Source of the DNA: Prorocentrum cordatum | Lineage: Eukaryota | Direction: 5' to 3' | DNA: 64,000 nucleotides | NCBI GenBank assembly: GCA_963575745.1 | Contig: CAUYUJ010000320.1 | Span: 1 to 64,000, forward strand | Shown here: positions 13,171 through 25,667 of the stretch, piece by piece | Position numbering within the stretch: position 1 is the stretch's first letter | How the letters are laid out: each line of letters starts with the position of its first letter | The notes under the pieces: generated by a model | The model's input: only the letters and a program-made list of their open reading frames with translations | The model's database searches: none | What the model was told of the DNA's origin: nothing | Made by a program: the position numbers and the translations under genes

Positions 13171-13427
13171 CTGACGGCTTGGGGGTTTAACTTTCCCTCT
13201 TAGAGTGGTGTCTGTGAGCAGACGCTTTCTCTTCAGTGCTTCCCTGCTTCCCTCCTCCTCCTCCTCCTCCTCCTCCTCCACCTCCTCCTCCTCCTCCTCC
13301 TCCGCTACCGCCTCCCTCCTCCTACGGAGGGCCTCGGGGCCCGCGCTCCTTGGGGGGGGCGGCCCCGCGCCCTCCACGCCGCGCGGCCGGGAGGTCGCGG
13401 AGGAGGAGTCACTTGGGCCCGCCTGGC

Positions 13428-13470
13428 CTCGTCGGGCGCGCCGAGCCCCAGGTTGGACAGGTCCAGGAGC
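13428..13470 (-). CDS. Probable LRR exon of the host gene (LLDLSNLGLGAPDE)
   Basis: CAG acceptor; phase matches exon 18835-18894; LxLxxxxLG LRR-like pattern. Confidence 0.5.
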
Positions 13471-13486
13471 CTGGAGGAGGATGTGG

Positions 13487-13592
13487 GATGATGGTGATGA
13501 GGATGAGGATGAGGATGATGATGAGGATGAGCATGAGGATGAGGATGAGGACGAGGATGAGGATGATGATGATGATGCTGCTGCTGCTGATC

Positions 13593-13635
<43 letters not shown>

Positions 13636-13640
13636 GGATG

Positions 13641-13671
<31 letters not shown>

Positions 13672-13672
13672 C

Positions 13673-13723
<51 letters not shown>

Positions 13724-13995
13724 AATGATGATGACGATGATGATGATGCGGAGGAGAAGGCGGAGGAGGAGGAGGACGAGGAGGATTAGAGGGAGGAGGA
13801 GGAGGAGACGGAGGATTGGGAGGAGGAGGAGGAGGCGGAGCAGGGGATGGGAGGAGGAGGACGAGGAGGAGGAGGAGGAGGAGGAGGAGGCGGCGGAGCA
13901 GGAGGGGGAAGAGGAGGAGGAAGAGGAGGAGGAGGAGGAGGAGGGGGAGGAGGAGGGAATAACATCCACAGAAGAGGAGGAGGATAAGGAGGAGG
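13487..13995. repeat. (GAT)n followed by (GAG)n microsatellite
   Basis: Seen directly. Confidence 0.9.
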
Positions 13996-14195
13996 TCTAT
14001 AGATCGCGGGCGTTCTGACGCCGCGGGCGAAATCGGCGCCCTCACAGCTCGGCAAGAAGAGAAGGTCGATGTTTGGCATGGTACGCGCGCTCGACAGGAA
14101 AGGTTCCGCGCCGGTGTGTACACATGAATTTGTTCTACCATGTTGAATTGGTGTGAGGGCCTGTCATAGAACAAGGCGGAGGACGAGGAGGAGGG

Positions 14196-15014
14196 TCCGT
14201 GGCCACTTCGGCTCAAGCCAATTTGGCTCCAGATGTCGCCGTGTATGGGGCCCCGGACCATCACCTCAAGGCAAAGTTCAAGGGGGCCCCCGCCTGGTGC
14301 CACAGCGACATTCACCAGGCCTCCATTGAACGGGTTGTTCTTCCTGCTCTACTGATCACCGACAAGGAGGTGGGAGGAAGGGCAGCGATTGTCACGACGC
14401 CTCCCGCAGAGATTTCCAATTATGATGCGGAAGTGCACCTGAGGGACGAAGAATGCCCAGAAACTGACGCATTGCAGCAAGTGCAAGCAGCGTTGCCAGC
14501 AGGCGGGTGCAGCTCAACCGACAGCGAAGGCCCCTTCGAGGGCACCAAGTGTCGGAGATGGTCGTGGAGCCGCAGTCCGTCGCGAAACCTCCCCGTCAGA
14601 AGCACGCGTGGCACAAAGACGCGAAGGACCTGAAGAACAAGGAGGCAAAAGACGAGGAGCCCCTGGTCATGCCTCAGGAAAGTCGACCGGCATCTGCACG
14701 GATGGCGACTCCATGCGAAGGTCGCCTCTGTCCATTGTATCGGCCCCTCAGTGCGCACGCCACTAAGGAGGATAAACAACGAGTACTACAAGCGTGTGAA
14801 GTCCAAGCACCAGCTTCCCCAGCAGCAGTACAAGCTGCAGTGGCTGATGGACGAGAACTGCGGGGGCACGATCAGGACCATCGGAGTGTGCCGCCGCATG
14901 CTGATTTCGGAGAAGCGCGGGATCGAGCAGATGGCTTGGGTCGAGGCGGCCCTCCGCAGATCCAGGAGCATCATAGACGCATGGGCCCACGAAGGAGAAG
15001 AAGCTAAAAGATAG
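14196..15014 (+). pseudogene. Retrocopy of an unknown gene headed by tandem relict spliced leaders
   Basis: TCCGTGGCCACTTCGGCTCAAG (19/22) immediately followed by CCAATTTGGCTCCAG (13/15 to the 3' part of SL); broken coding-like frames downstream; 3' end uncertain. Confidence 0.6.
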
Positions 15015-15848
15015 CGGATCAACAGCTGTCGCGACATCAATCCGCGAAAGAGCATTCCTCCGCACTGAGGAAGAGCATGGAGGAGCTGAGGGAGGCCGCG
15101 GAGGAAGGGAAGCTCGACGCAGCCATGGCCGTGGATCGCAATGGCTACACGCAGCCGCCACGGCTATGACCATCGCCAGCTTCGGGTTTCGCGGGTTCGT
15201 CTGCTGGGCATTCTCCCGCAGCGCCAGGCACGGCGCCCGTGGGCAGGCGGCCTTCGGCTGGCTCGGCAGCCCAAGGCGAGAGTCCAACTTTGAAATGCAC
15301 TCCCCCGCATCCTTGCAGCTGCTACGAAATGTAAACCGCCTGTGCGCGTCGCTAAGACGAGAACCGCACGTTGCAAACCACCAGCCCTCCATCCTTGAAG
15401 CCGTTGCAGACTTTTGAGACGACTGTGCCCGGCGCTGGGGCGAGAGCCACCTTCTGAAAAGTGCACCACCCCACCCTCCTGACTATCGCAAGCGTTTGAG
15501 ACGGGCATGCGCAGCGCGAAGGCAAGATCCGCATTTAGAAACGGAACCGCCCCCTATCCTTCTAATTAACTGTTTCGGGCGTTGGCAGAACTGGGTTTAG
15601 TGGGACCTGGTTTAGTGACGTGTACTGGGGGGCGCCATCACCCGAAAAAACACAAGCTACGGCAGACCTGGTTTAGTGATTCTGGCCAATGTAGGGGCTC
15701 CGAAGCCCTACCACTAACTGGATCCCCTTACCTGGGGTCCTGGCTATACCCGACTGTTGCGCGGCGCTGCGCCCCACTCGGAGAACGACCGCCCACCTAT
15801 CCTTGCAGCCGTAGCGCAGCGCTCACTCGAGAGCAACATTTTGAAAAT

Positions 15849-18109
15849 TATCCCAGTGCGACCCTACCTAGGAGTTGGACCCCCTAGGAAAGCAGCATTA
15901 GTAGTAACAGTAAAGCTAAGCTAAAGCTAAGCCACAGCTAAGCTAAAGCTAAGCTAACGCTAAGCTAAAGCTAAGCTAACGCTAAGCTAAAGCTAAGCTA
16001 AATATAAGCTAAAGCTAAGCTAAAGCTAAGCTAAAGCTAAGCTAAATCTGAGCAAAAGCTAAGCTAAAGCTAAGCTACAGCTAAGCTAAGTCTAAGCTAA
16101 AGCTGAGCTAAAGCTAAACTAAAGCCAACCTAAAGCTAAGCTAAGGCTAAGCTAAAGGCTAGGCTAAAGGCTAAGCTAAAGGCTAAGCTAAAGGCTAAGC
16201 TAAAGGCTAAGCTAAACGCTAAGCTAAACGCTAAGCTAAAGCTAAGCCACAGCTAAGCTAAAGCTAAGCTAACGCTAAGCTAAAGCAAAGCTAACGCTAA
16301 ACTAAAGCTAAGCTAAGTATAAGCTAAAGCTAAGCTAAAGCTAAGCTAAAGCTAAGCTAAAGCTGAGCAACAGCTAAGCTAAAGCTAAGCTACAGCTAAG
16401 CTAAAGCTAAGCTAAAGCTAAGCTAAAGCTAAGCTAAAGCCAACCTAAAGCTAAGCTAAGGCTAAGCTAAAGGCTAAGCTAAAGGCTAAGCTAAAGGCTA
16501 AGCTAAAGGCTAAGCTAAACGCTAAGCTAAACGCTAAGCTAAAGCTAAGCTAAAGCTAAGCTAAAGCTAAGCTAAAGCTCAAGCTAAAGGTAAGCTAAAT
16601 CTAAACTAAAGCTAAAGCTAAAGCTAACGCTAAAGCTAAAGCTCCCAGGGGACTGGGGGAACCGCTCCCAGGGGACTGGGGGAACCGCCCGGGGCGCTTT
16701 CCACTGCCCGGCCCCTTTAAGCTAGAGAGTAAGAACCCTTCTAGGCAGAGCCTAGGTAGGGAATTATCCCAGTGCGACCCTACCTAGGAGTTGGAGCCCC
16801 TAGGAAAGCAGCATTAGTAGTAACAGTAAAGCTAAGCTAAAACTAAACTAAACCTAAGCTAAACCTAAGCTAAAGTTAAGCTAAAGCTAAGCTAAAGTTA
16901 AGCTAAAGCTAAGCTAAAGCTAAGCTAAAGCTAAGCTAAAGCTAAGCTAAAGCTAAGCTAAAGCTAAGCTAAGCTAAAGCTAAAGCTAACCTAAAGCTAA
17001 TGCTAAGATAAAGCTAAGATAAGCTAAGCCAAGCTAAGCTAAGACGAGATAAGCTGAGCCAAGCTAAGGGGGCGCTATGCTACGCTATGCTACGCTATGC
17101 TAAGCTATGCTATGCAATACTGTGCTATGTTATGCTATGATGTGCTATGCTATGTCATGCTATGCTATGCTACGCTAAGCTAAGCTACATTAGGCTAAGC
17201 TAAGCTAGGCTAAGCTAAGCTAAGCTAAGCTAAGCTAAGCCAAGCTAAGCTAAGCTAAGCCAAGCTAAGCTAAGCCAAGCTAAGCTAAGACGAGATAAGC
17301 TAAGCCAAGCTAAGGGGGCGCGACTGGGGAAACCGCGGGGCGGGGACTGGGGGAACCGCCCGGGGCGCTTTCCACTGCCCGGCCCCGTTAAGCTAGAGAG
17401 TAAGAACCCTTCTAGGCAGAGCCTAGGTAGGGAAAAACACGCCCGTCTGCCCGTGCAGCTGCTGCAAATCTCAAGCCAGGCCTGTCCCTGAGGAGTATTC
17501 AAAAATAGTAAAGTATCCCAGTGCGACCCTACCTAGGAGTTGGAACCCCTAGGAAAGCAGCATTAGTAGTAACAGTAACGCTAAGCTAAAGCTAAGCTAA
17601 AGCTAAGCTAAAGCTAAGCCACAGTTAAGCTAAAGCTAAAGCTAAGCTAAAGCTACGCTAAAGCTAAGCTAAAGCTAAGCTAAAGCTAAGCTAAAGCTAA
17701 GCTAAAGCTGAGCAACAGCTAAGCTAAAGCTAAGCTACAGCTAAGCTAAAGCTAAGCTAAAGCTAAGCTACATCTAAGCTAAAGCTAAGCTAAAGTTAAG
17801 CTAAAGCTAAGCTACAGCTGAGCTAAAGCTAAGCTAAATCTAAGCTAAAGCTAAGCTAAAGCTAAGCTACAGCTAAGCTAAACGCTAAGCGAAAAGCTAA
17901 GCGAAACGCTAAGCTAAAGCTAAGCTACAGCTAAGCTAAAGCTAAGCTAAAGCTAAGCTAAAGCTAAAGCTAAAGCTAAAGCTAAAGCTCCCAGGGGACT
18001 GGGGGGAACCGCGGGGCGGGGACTGGGGGAACCGCCCGGGGCGCTTTACACTGCCCGGCCCCTTTACGCTAAGAGAGTAAGAGCCCTTCTAGGCAGAGCC
18101 TAGGTAGGG
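15849..18109 (+). mobile_element. Three tandem copies of an element with an internal (AAGCT/AAAGCT) satellite and 11-bp (sub)terminal inverted repeats
   Basis: Units start TATCCCAGTGCGACCCTACCTAGG at 15849, 16765 and 17514, and end CCTAGGTAGGG at 16761, 17432 and 18109. Confidence 0.8.
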
Positions 18110-18834
18110 AAAAAATAGCCTGGGGGCTTTCTTTGGACTATTTTCGGGCATCCTGGGAGTATAGTTTGAGTATTCTTATTTTTTCGGCCAAAGCCCCCCT
18201 GTAGGGGGACAGGCCCGGCATGATGCGAATATCAAGCTTCGGGATCATATCTGATGAGGAAGCCTCGGGCGAAACGCCCGGCCCGCCCTGCCAGCACGCC
18301 TGGGGGCCCGAAAGGGAGGAGCTGTTCATACAGCAGGGGCTCGACCACAAGAGCTCCCCCACACAAGAACCCCAACCCTGAGGCCCCAGGACGTCCATCG
18401 ACCTTGGGGCGCGGGAACGGCACACGCCGTCCACAGGAGAACCAGCGAGACCCAGGAGTCCCAGGGCACCCTGGAGGCAAGCAGGGCGCTTCTTGGCATG
18501 GGCCTCCACTGTACGTTGGAGCTCTGGGACGCTGCCGACCCCGCGCAGAGGAGGAAGAGGAGGAGGAGGAGGAGGAGGAGGAGGAGGAGGAGGAGGAGGA
18601 GGAGGAGGAGGAGGAGGAGGAGGAGGGGAGGAGGAGGAGGAGGAGGAGGAGGAGGAGGAGGAGGAGGAGGAGGAGGAGGAGGAGGAGGAGGAGGAGGCCG
18701 AGGAGGAGGAGGAGGAGAAGGAGGAGGGAGGAGGAGGAGGAGGAGGAGGAGGAGGAGGAGGAGGAGGAGGAGGAGGAGGAAAGGGGATAGGGGGGAGAAA
18801 GGGGGAACAGCGAGGGAGCTGAAGGCCCCGGAGC

Positions 18835-20419
18835 CGCAGTCCAGCCGCCCCCGCCAGCAGCCCCCGCAGCGCGGCCGTGCCCAGCGCGCTCAGCCTTAGG
18901 CTGGGCATGTCCTCCTACAGTAGAGGCCTCCTAGATGGGGTCCGAGTAGATGGGGTCCGAGTAGATGAGGCCTCCTAATCAGATGGGGTCCGAGTAGATG
19001 GGGTCGAAGGATCGCGCCACATCGCAAATGCATCACCGATGTATCGGCGATGCATCGGCGATGCATCGCAGACGTCGGCGACGCATCGGCGACGCCGGAG
19101 TGGCGAAAATCGGGCTCCGCATCGAGCCGCATCATCGATACATCGACGATGCAGCGCGATCCTCGGACCCCATCTACTCCGACCCCATCTAGGAGGCCTA
19201 GATACAGGCGGCTTCTGGAACAAAAATGAAAAAGAGCCACAAATATTCAAAAATAGTATCAATAATAGGACAATCGGCCCCAGACTTTTTTAAAACATAT
19301 ATATAGTGTTATATATATACACACATATATGTATGTATGTATGTGTATACATATATATATATATGCATACTGCGACTATTTTTGAAGATTCCTCCTGTAG
19401 AGGGCCACGCCCGACTTACGAGCTCAGCCTCGGCTGGCAGTCGAAGTCCCACTCGGCCCGCCGGGCGGACAGCGCCCGCCCGAGGTGCCCGCGCCCCAGC
19501 ACGAAGGCGTTGCGGTAGAACGCGTCGTTCAGGCGCCCGCTGAGCCCCTCGGCGCCGCCCCAGAAGGCGGCCGCCCCCTGCGCTGGCCCGCCCTCGGCGA
19601 GGCCTCGCCCGCAGAGCTCCCGCACGAAGAGGCACTCCTGCCGGAGCGGGCGATCGGGGGCGGCGTCCGTGCCCAGGGCGCTGTCGCGCCCCAGGAGGAG
19701 GAGGAGGAGGAGGAGGAGGAGGAGGAGGAGGAGGAGGAGGCCCCCCGGAACAGGACGAGTCCAGGATGAGGGGCCCGCGCCTCGCTCTGCAATCGCCCAG
19801 GCTGCGAAGCGCCACTCGCTTTCGCGCCCTCGCAGTGGCCCTGCAGGGCCCGGTGCAGGGAGCGCTGGCGAGTCGGCTCGCGCGGCCGCCTCTCCCGGCG
19901 CCTCCCGGCGCCAGGAGGTGCCCCTGTGTATCGAAGAGTAGCGCCCCGGGGGCGGGGCCGAAACCGGCTGCCTGCAGCAGACTTCGCACCCTCCCCCCCC
20001 CCTTCCCTGTCCCTGCCCCCTTTCGACTGGCCCCATCCTGGAAACTCAGGTGGCGGAACTGGAACTCGCCGGTGTCGCCTCGTGACCCTGGGCAAGAGGG
20101 ACCTTCGGCTGCACGGTTTGCCCCAGGGCCGTAGGCGACCCGAGGAGGAGGAGGAGGAGGAGGAGGAAGAAGAGGAGGAGGAGGAGGAGGAGGAGGAGGT
20201 GGAGGAGGGGGGGGGACAAGCTAGGTGCGCTCGCGTCATGTCTGACGTCCTACCCGTCTCTCCCATCCCTTACCATGGCGCTGATTTTCTCTATCCGCGG
20301 ACGCGTGTCGTAGCGGACCTGTGGCTCCGCGCGCGCGTGCGTAGTGGGTGGTGGTGCGCGTGCGTGCGTGCGTGCGTGCGTGCGTGTGTGCGTGGTTGTG
20401 GTGGTGGTGGTGGTGGTGG

Positions 20420-20450
<31 letters not shown>

Positions 20451-22729
20451 GCTACTGCTGGTGCTGGTGCTGGTGGCGGTGGTGGTGGTGGTGGTGGTGG
20501 TGGTGGTGGTGGTGGGTGGTGTGTGTGTGTGTGCGCGTGTACTGTGGCATGGCACGGGAAATGACGCCAGCGCTGCAGCGGGAGCACGAGTCGAAACGGG
20601 CGGAAGCGCGGAAATGAGGCCAGCGCTGCAGCGGGAGCACGAGTCGGAACGAGCGGAAGCACGGAAATGAGGCCAGCGCTGCAGCGGGAGCACGATTCGG
20701 AACGAGCGGGGCCCGAAAATGAGGCCAGCGCTGCAGCGAGAGCAGCATTTTGAAACAAATGCAGGCGAAAACCCAACTCCCGGGAATCCTGTGTGTAAAA
20801 AAGCAGGACGCGGGGGGGGGTCGGCTACTCCCAGCACGCCATCAGGGGAAGAGGGAGAGTAGTATTCATATTGAGTAATTGTAGAGGAGGAGGAGGAGGA
20901 GGAGGAGGAGGAGGAGGAGGAAGAGGAGGAGGAGGAGGAGGAGGAGGAGGAGGAAGAGGAGGAGAAGGAGGAGGAGGAGGAGGAGAGGAGGAGCAGGAGG
21001 AGGAGGAGGACGTGTCGCCCAAGCCCTTCGGAGAACACCCCCATCTTCGGCGCGTGGCAGGCCAATCGCTGCGCCCGGTTCGACAGAATAGCAGCCTGCG
21101 TGCGTGGGGTGCGGCCCCCGCGCGCCCGCCGAACGCCCCGCACCGCGAGTCCACTCCGCCAAAGGGTCACGCCTACACCCATGCGTGGAGCTAGGAGGAC
21201 TTCAGGTCACGGCAGGTTCGTGCGGCGTCGGCGCGCGCAAAAGTTTCTGACACCGCGTCGATCGTTCCACCTTGAATCGATCGCGGCCCCGATCGTTCGA
21301 AATTGAATTCAACCGGGTCCGATGACGCTACCGTGAACATCGGTGCTTCCGCGCCGCAGCATTCGACCTTGAACGCCTTCGCCAGCGTCGCCAGCGGGCC
21401 AACGTCGCATGAACCTACTGTCAGAGCATGGACTTCACTCGAAGCGTTTTCTTGAACAGTGGTCCGGGTCCAGATGTACCACCAAAGACCCAGCGGCAGA
21501 CAGGCTCAGAGGAAAAGCGCCCAGGCTCCGGCTGGCCCAGCCTCTTGGGCTTTCTGCCATACGGCATCTGGAGTCCACGGGAGTTGCTGCTCGTTCTGCT
21601 GAGGTCTCTGCTGGGTGCCCGCGCAGCCGATCGCCCAGCGTCAGGATCTTGACCACGGGCACCTCCCCGCGGTCCACCAGCTCGGACCAGAGGCCCTGCA
21701 GGTCGGGCCGGTCCGCGAGCGCACGGCGCACGTCGCCCGGCTGGAACGTGCGCCGCTTCGCCAGGTGGTTCGCGGCCGCGATGGCCTGCAGCATCTCCAG
21801 GCAGGGCCCCGCGCGCTGCTCCTCTCGGGCTCTCGAGGGGCAGGGTCCGTCTTAGCAGGGGCAGATGAGCAGCCTGCGAGAAAACCAGGCCAGAACCATC
21901 CTTCCGAGCACCCGTCCCCAGGATACACAAGAGGGTACAACAAGTACGAAAAACACTGGGGTACCCTCCCCGAACTGACCTCGACCTTGACAAACAGAAG
22001 AACACGAAACGGCACAAACATGAACTGTTGGCGCTCCGCGCGGGTTTCTTGGATCCGCGCTGGCCCCCCTCCCTGGCGCGCGGAGCGCGTCAGGAGCGGC
22101 GCCGAAGGCGCTGCCCAGGGGGGCTCCAGCGCCGATCCAAGAGATCCGCGCATACCTTCAAGAATTTCTGTTGATGGTACACGCGAGGACATACTACGGG
22201 GCAGTTCTTATTACATGGGATTTTAAATGTAGGATTTCAAATGCATGATTAATGTATGAGTAAATGTATGCATGAACTCATCGTTGTTTTTAATACTAGA
22301 TCCCTGCATGTCTAATACATGATCCGCACGCGGAGCATGTATTAAAAACGGCCCTGTACTAACTTGATGTGTCGTCCTCCTCGGAGGCGTGCGCCCGAAG
22401 CGAACAGATAGAACAACCATGTATATATCGTTTCCCGCGCGGCGTGGCCCAAAAGCGCCGGCCACGACGCACATGCTATAGGATTTCTCGGTGCGCGCGT
22501 CGCCCATTGGGGGGGGGGGGGCGACGCACAGATAGTACGAGTATGTTGGGGCGACGCCGATCCAAGAGATCATGTCAACGCCATTCTTGGTTCTCCGATC
22601 CTCGCCCCCAGCGAAGTGCCGCCGCAGCGCGGCGCGCACGCCCAGATCGTACAGCTCGAACGCGTCGCGCGGCAGCTCGCCGGTGCCCGCGCCCAGCACG
22701 CACACGAGCACGGAGAGGAGGACGGGAAC
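18835..22729 (-). CDS. Host gene exons after the NACHT core (helical domain, winged helix, start of LRR): 22601-22729, 21635-21821, 20038-20078, 19429-19637, 18835-18894
   Basis: VPVLLSVL..ELP..FELY and GEFQFRHLSFQ|ECL (FxHxSFQE NACHT-associated motif split across an intron); junctions are phase-compatible. Confidence 0.7.
18897..19418. mobile_element. TIR element making up nearly a whole intron (introner-like)
   Basis: TIRs TAGGCTGGGCATGTCCTCCTACAG / CTGTAGAGGGCCACGCCCGACTTA; flanking 12-bp direct repeat CG(C/A)GCTCAGCCT; related copy at 26715-26872. Confidence 0.65.
18921..19202. mobile_element. MITE (TAGAGGCCTCCTAGATGGGGTC...GACCCCATCTAGGAGGCCTAGA) with 5-bp TSD TACAG
   Basis: Long TIRs, internal CATCGGCGATG repeats, TACAG at 18916-18920 and 19203-19207. 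Confidence 0.85.
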
Positions 22730-23189
22730 CTCGACGGGGAGGGGCAGGAGGGGCAGGAGGAGGAGGAGGAGAAGGGGGAGGAGGAAGAGGAGGAGGAGCA
22801 GGAGGAGGAGGAGGAGGAGGAACAGGAGGAGTAGAGGGAGGAAGAGGAGAAGGAGAAGAAGGAGGGCCAGTGTAAACTCAAGAATCACAAACGATGCTGG
22901 AATAGTTAAATCCTCCCTCCAAGCTCCCTCTTCATAGGCCCCTACAACGGTTCTATTCCACTGAGGGAACTGCCTCGATGGAAGAAAACTTTTTAAAGAC
23001 CCTGACGCATGCCAAAACATTGTTCTCGGGATTTCAGCGCCGCGGATCAACCTGACTGTTGCGTCTTGACGATCCTGAATGGTGCCAAAACGCCATTCCT
23101 GGGACTTCAACACCGCGAATCAACGTAACTATTGCACCCTCGTGCCCCGGAGTCCTTCCAACACACAAGTTCTGGTACGTTGACCATGG

Positions 23190-23660
23190 GATTCCGTGAA
23201 ACTCTTGCAACATAAAAACGAATGTGCGTCGCGCTACAATGAGAACCACATTTTGAAAAGGAACCGCCTTCCATCCGTGTACGCGGCGCTCAGGCGAGAG
23301 CCACATTTAGAAAATCACTTGCCCTCAACCCGTGAAACTCTTGCAAATGTTTAAACGAATGGACGCGGCGCTAAGGCGAGAGCCACTTTTGAAAACGACC
23401 CGCCCTCAACCCGTTAAACTCCTGCAATGTTTTACAACGAATGCGCGCTGCACTAAGGCGAGAACCACATTGTGAAAACGACCCGCCCTCAACCCGTGAA
23501 GCTCTTGCAAATGTTCAAAACGAATGTACAAGGCGCATTTTGAAAACCACCCGCCCACAACCCGTGAAACTCTTGCACATGTTCACACGAATGGACGCGG
23601 CGCTAAGGCGAGAGCAACATTTTGATAACGGCCCGCCCTCCATCTGTGAAACGGTTGTCA
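23190..23660. repeat. ~80-bp tandem minisatellite; related units at ~6550-6680 (-) and ~15270-15550
   Basis: Repeated gcggcgctaaggcgagagccacattttgaaaacgacccgccctcaacccgtgaaactcttgcaa. Confidence 0.7.
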
Positions 23661-23844
23661 TGTATTAGCTTCAAGGTCACGAATGGAGAGGAAGTCTCAG
23701 GCGGAACGCCCGGCCCGCCCTGACAACTGGCCTCGGGGTGCGACAGGGAGAAGTTATTAATAAGGAAAAGGAATGGAGGAGGAGGAGGAGGAGGAGGAGG
23801 AGGACGAGGACGAGGGGGACGAGGAGGAGGACGGGGACGGGAAC

Positions 23845-25281
23845 CTCGACGACCTCGCCGAAGACCTGCAAGCGGGCCTCGAGCGCGGCGTCGAAGTCGG
23901 CCTCGCAGTCGCTTAGCTTCAGCAGGGGGCGGAGCAGATCCTTCTGGCCCTCGAGGAGGGCCTTCGCCTCCTCGCACCCGGACATGGCGCGCTGGCGCAG
24001 TCCGCTGCAGGCAAGGATGCGCTCGAAGAGCTCATTACCCTGCAGCTGCTTGCGCGCTATCTGGTGCTGCTCGTCTCCGCTGAGAGGCTGCAGGTGCATT
24101 ATCACAAAGTCGCGGGCGTACAAGCGCTTGCGGACGCCCTCCGGCCGCGACGTGAGGACCAGAGGCATGCCCATCGGCACCAGCGTCTTGGTCACGAACT
24201 CCTCGACCGCCTGCTTCAGGTTCGCGGCCTCGTCCACGCCGTCCAGCATCACGACCAGAGCGCGCATATCGAACGCCTGCGTCAACATGGCCCGCGTGGG
24301 AGCGTCCGTGAACTCGCGCCGGATGTAGAACAGCACCAGGTCCGCTCCGCCGGGCTCTGGCTCCGGCGACGTGGCGGCCTGGCGATCCCGCAGCATGCGG
24401 GCGAGCTTCTGGATCGGGATCAGCAGTGGCACCAGGCGCACGGGGTCCTCGCAGGGCTGCGCCCTGGGCGCACTCAGCTCCTGCGCCAGCAGGAACTGCA
24501 GCTGCTGCATCGACCAGCTCTTGCCTGTGCCAGGCCCTGCGCAGACCAGCACTGGCTGGCGGCAGTGAGCACCCTGCGGCCGCCTCGCGTTCGGCCTAGT
24601 CAGCAGGGGCACGAGGCCGGACACGTCGCGCACGGCGGCGAACGACGCGTCCTGGACCCCAGCGATGGGCCGCGCCTTCTTCAGCAGGTTGGCCGCCAGC
24701 GGCGGCGTCGACGATCCGTCGGCCAACTTCACAATGCAGCGGCCGCTTCTCTCCCGGTGCTCCACGAAGCCCTCGCTGCCCAATGCCCATACGCGGTCCT
24801 GGACGGAAATGTCGGTTCCGGCGACCCACTCCAGGTCGTCAAAAGACATGTGCGCGATGGCCCCTGCATCCCTCGCTGCGCTGTCGTGTGTCTCCATGGT
24901 GAGCCTCACGAGCTGCTCCGTGACGCTCAAGCGATTGCTGGTGATGGCGTCCTCGATGAAGCGGCCATCTTCCACCAGCTGCCTGCAGTACGCCGCGCGT
25001 GCAGCCTCGAAGCTCTCCGCGCTTCCACAGCGCTGCGGGCAATGGTTCATCTCGTTCAAGTCCAGCTCGACCTCCGCTGCGTCGCCGCTCAGCCGCACGC
25101 GGTGGAGGCTGCCCGACCCTGCCGCCGGCCCGCCCGTCACCCTCGCGTCGAGCAGCCTGCCCCCGTGGACCACGAGGAGGTCCTGCCCCTCCTCGTACGC
25201 AAAAGCGCTCGCCTGCACCACGGTGCCGGGCGTGGGATCCACCATCCTCTGCTTGGAGGTGTTGTCGACCCGGACCATGAC
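23845..25281 (-). CDS. Host gene exon: NACHT/STAND P-loop NTPase
   Basis: Walker A AGPGTGKS, Walker B VVMLDGVDE, sensor-1 LTSRP; CAG acceptor at 25282; 479 codons. Confidence 0.85.
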
Positions 25282-25667
25282 CTGTCGGGTGTTGTCAGAA
25301 GTGCCCCTGGCCCAAGGGCTGCCCCAAGCTTCTCGCTCCATTCTGGAGCCCCTATGGGGCCCCCTGGGCCTCGTGAGGGGTGCCCTGGATGCCGTCTGGA
25401 CCACCCAGGGCTGAACCTGAACGGTGTTTTTAGATTTCGTTTTGTGTTCGTTTTCCCTCGTTTTGTCTTCAATCCGCCTCTACCGCAAAACGATGACGAA
25501 ACGAAAACGGCCCACAAAATCGCCAAAAACACTGTTTATGTCCAGTCCTGGGCCACCCCGAGAATCCTGGGGGTACCCTTTGGGTCAAGGGCACTTCTAG
25601 CACCACCCGATGACCTGGCCGCTCTGCAGGAGCCGCACCACCGTGGCGCAGCAGCCGTGCCGATTTC

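Larger units (their letters stand above)
6957..13250 (+). mobile_element. Near-intact non-LTR retrotransposon (LINE: ORF1 + APE-RT-RNase H ORF2) in a (CCT)n tract
   Basis: SL, ORF1, ORF2, short 3' UTR, (CCT)n tail; CCGCTACCGCCTCCCTCCTCCT duplicated at 6836-6857 and 13302-13323. Confidence 0.92.

Noticed and set aside
15849..18109. CRISPR array or telomere
   Set aside because: No unique spacers or cas genes; the unit is not TTTAGGG; eukaryotic context
18550..18780. (GGA)n tracts as a formin FH1 poly-proline domain
   Set aside because: Such tracts occur throughout introns, and this one lies downstream of FH2
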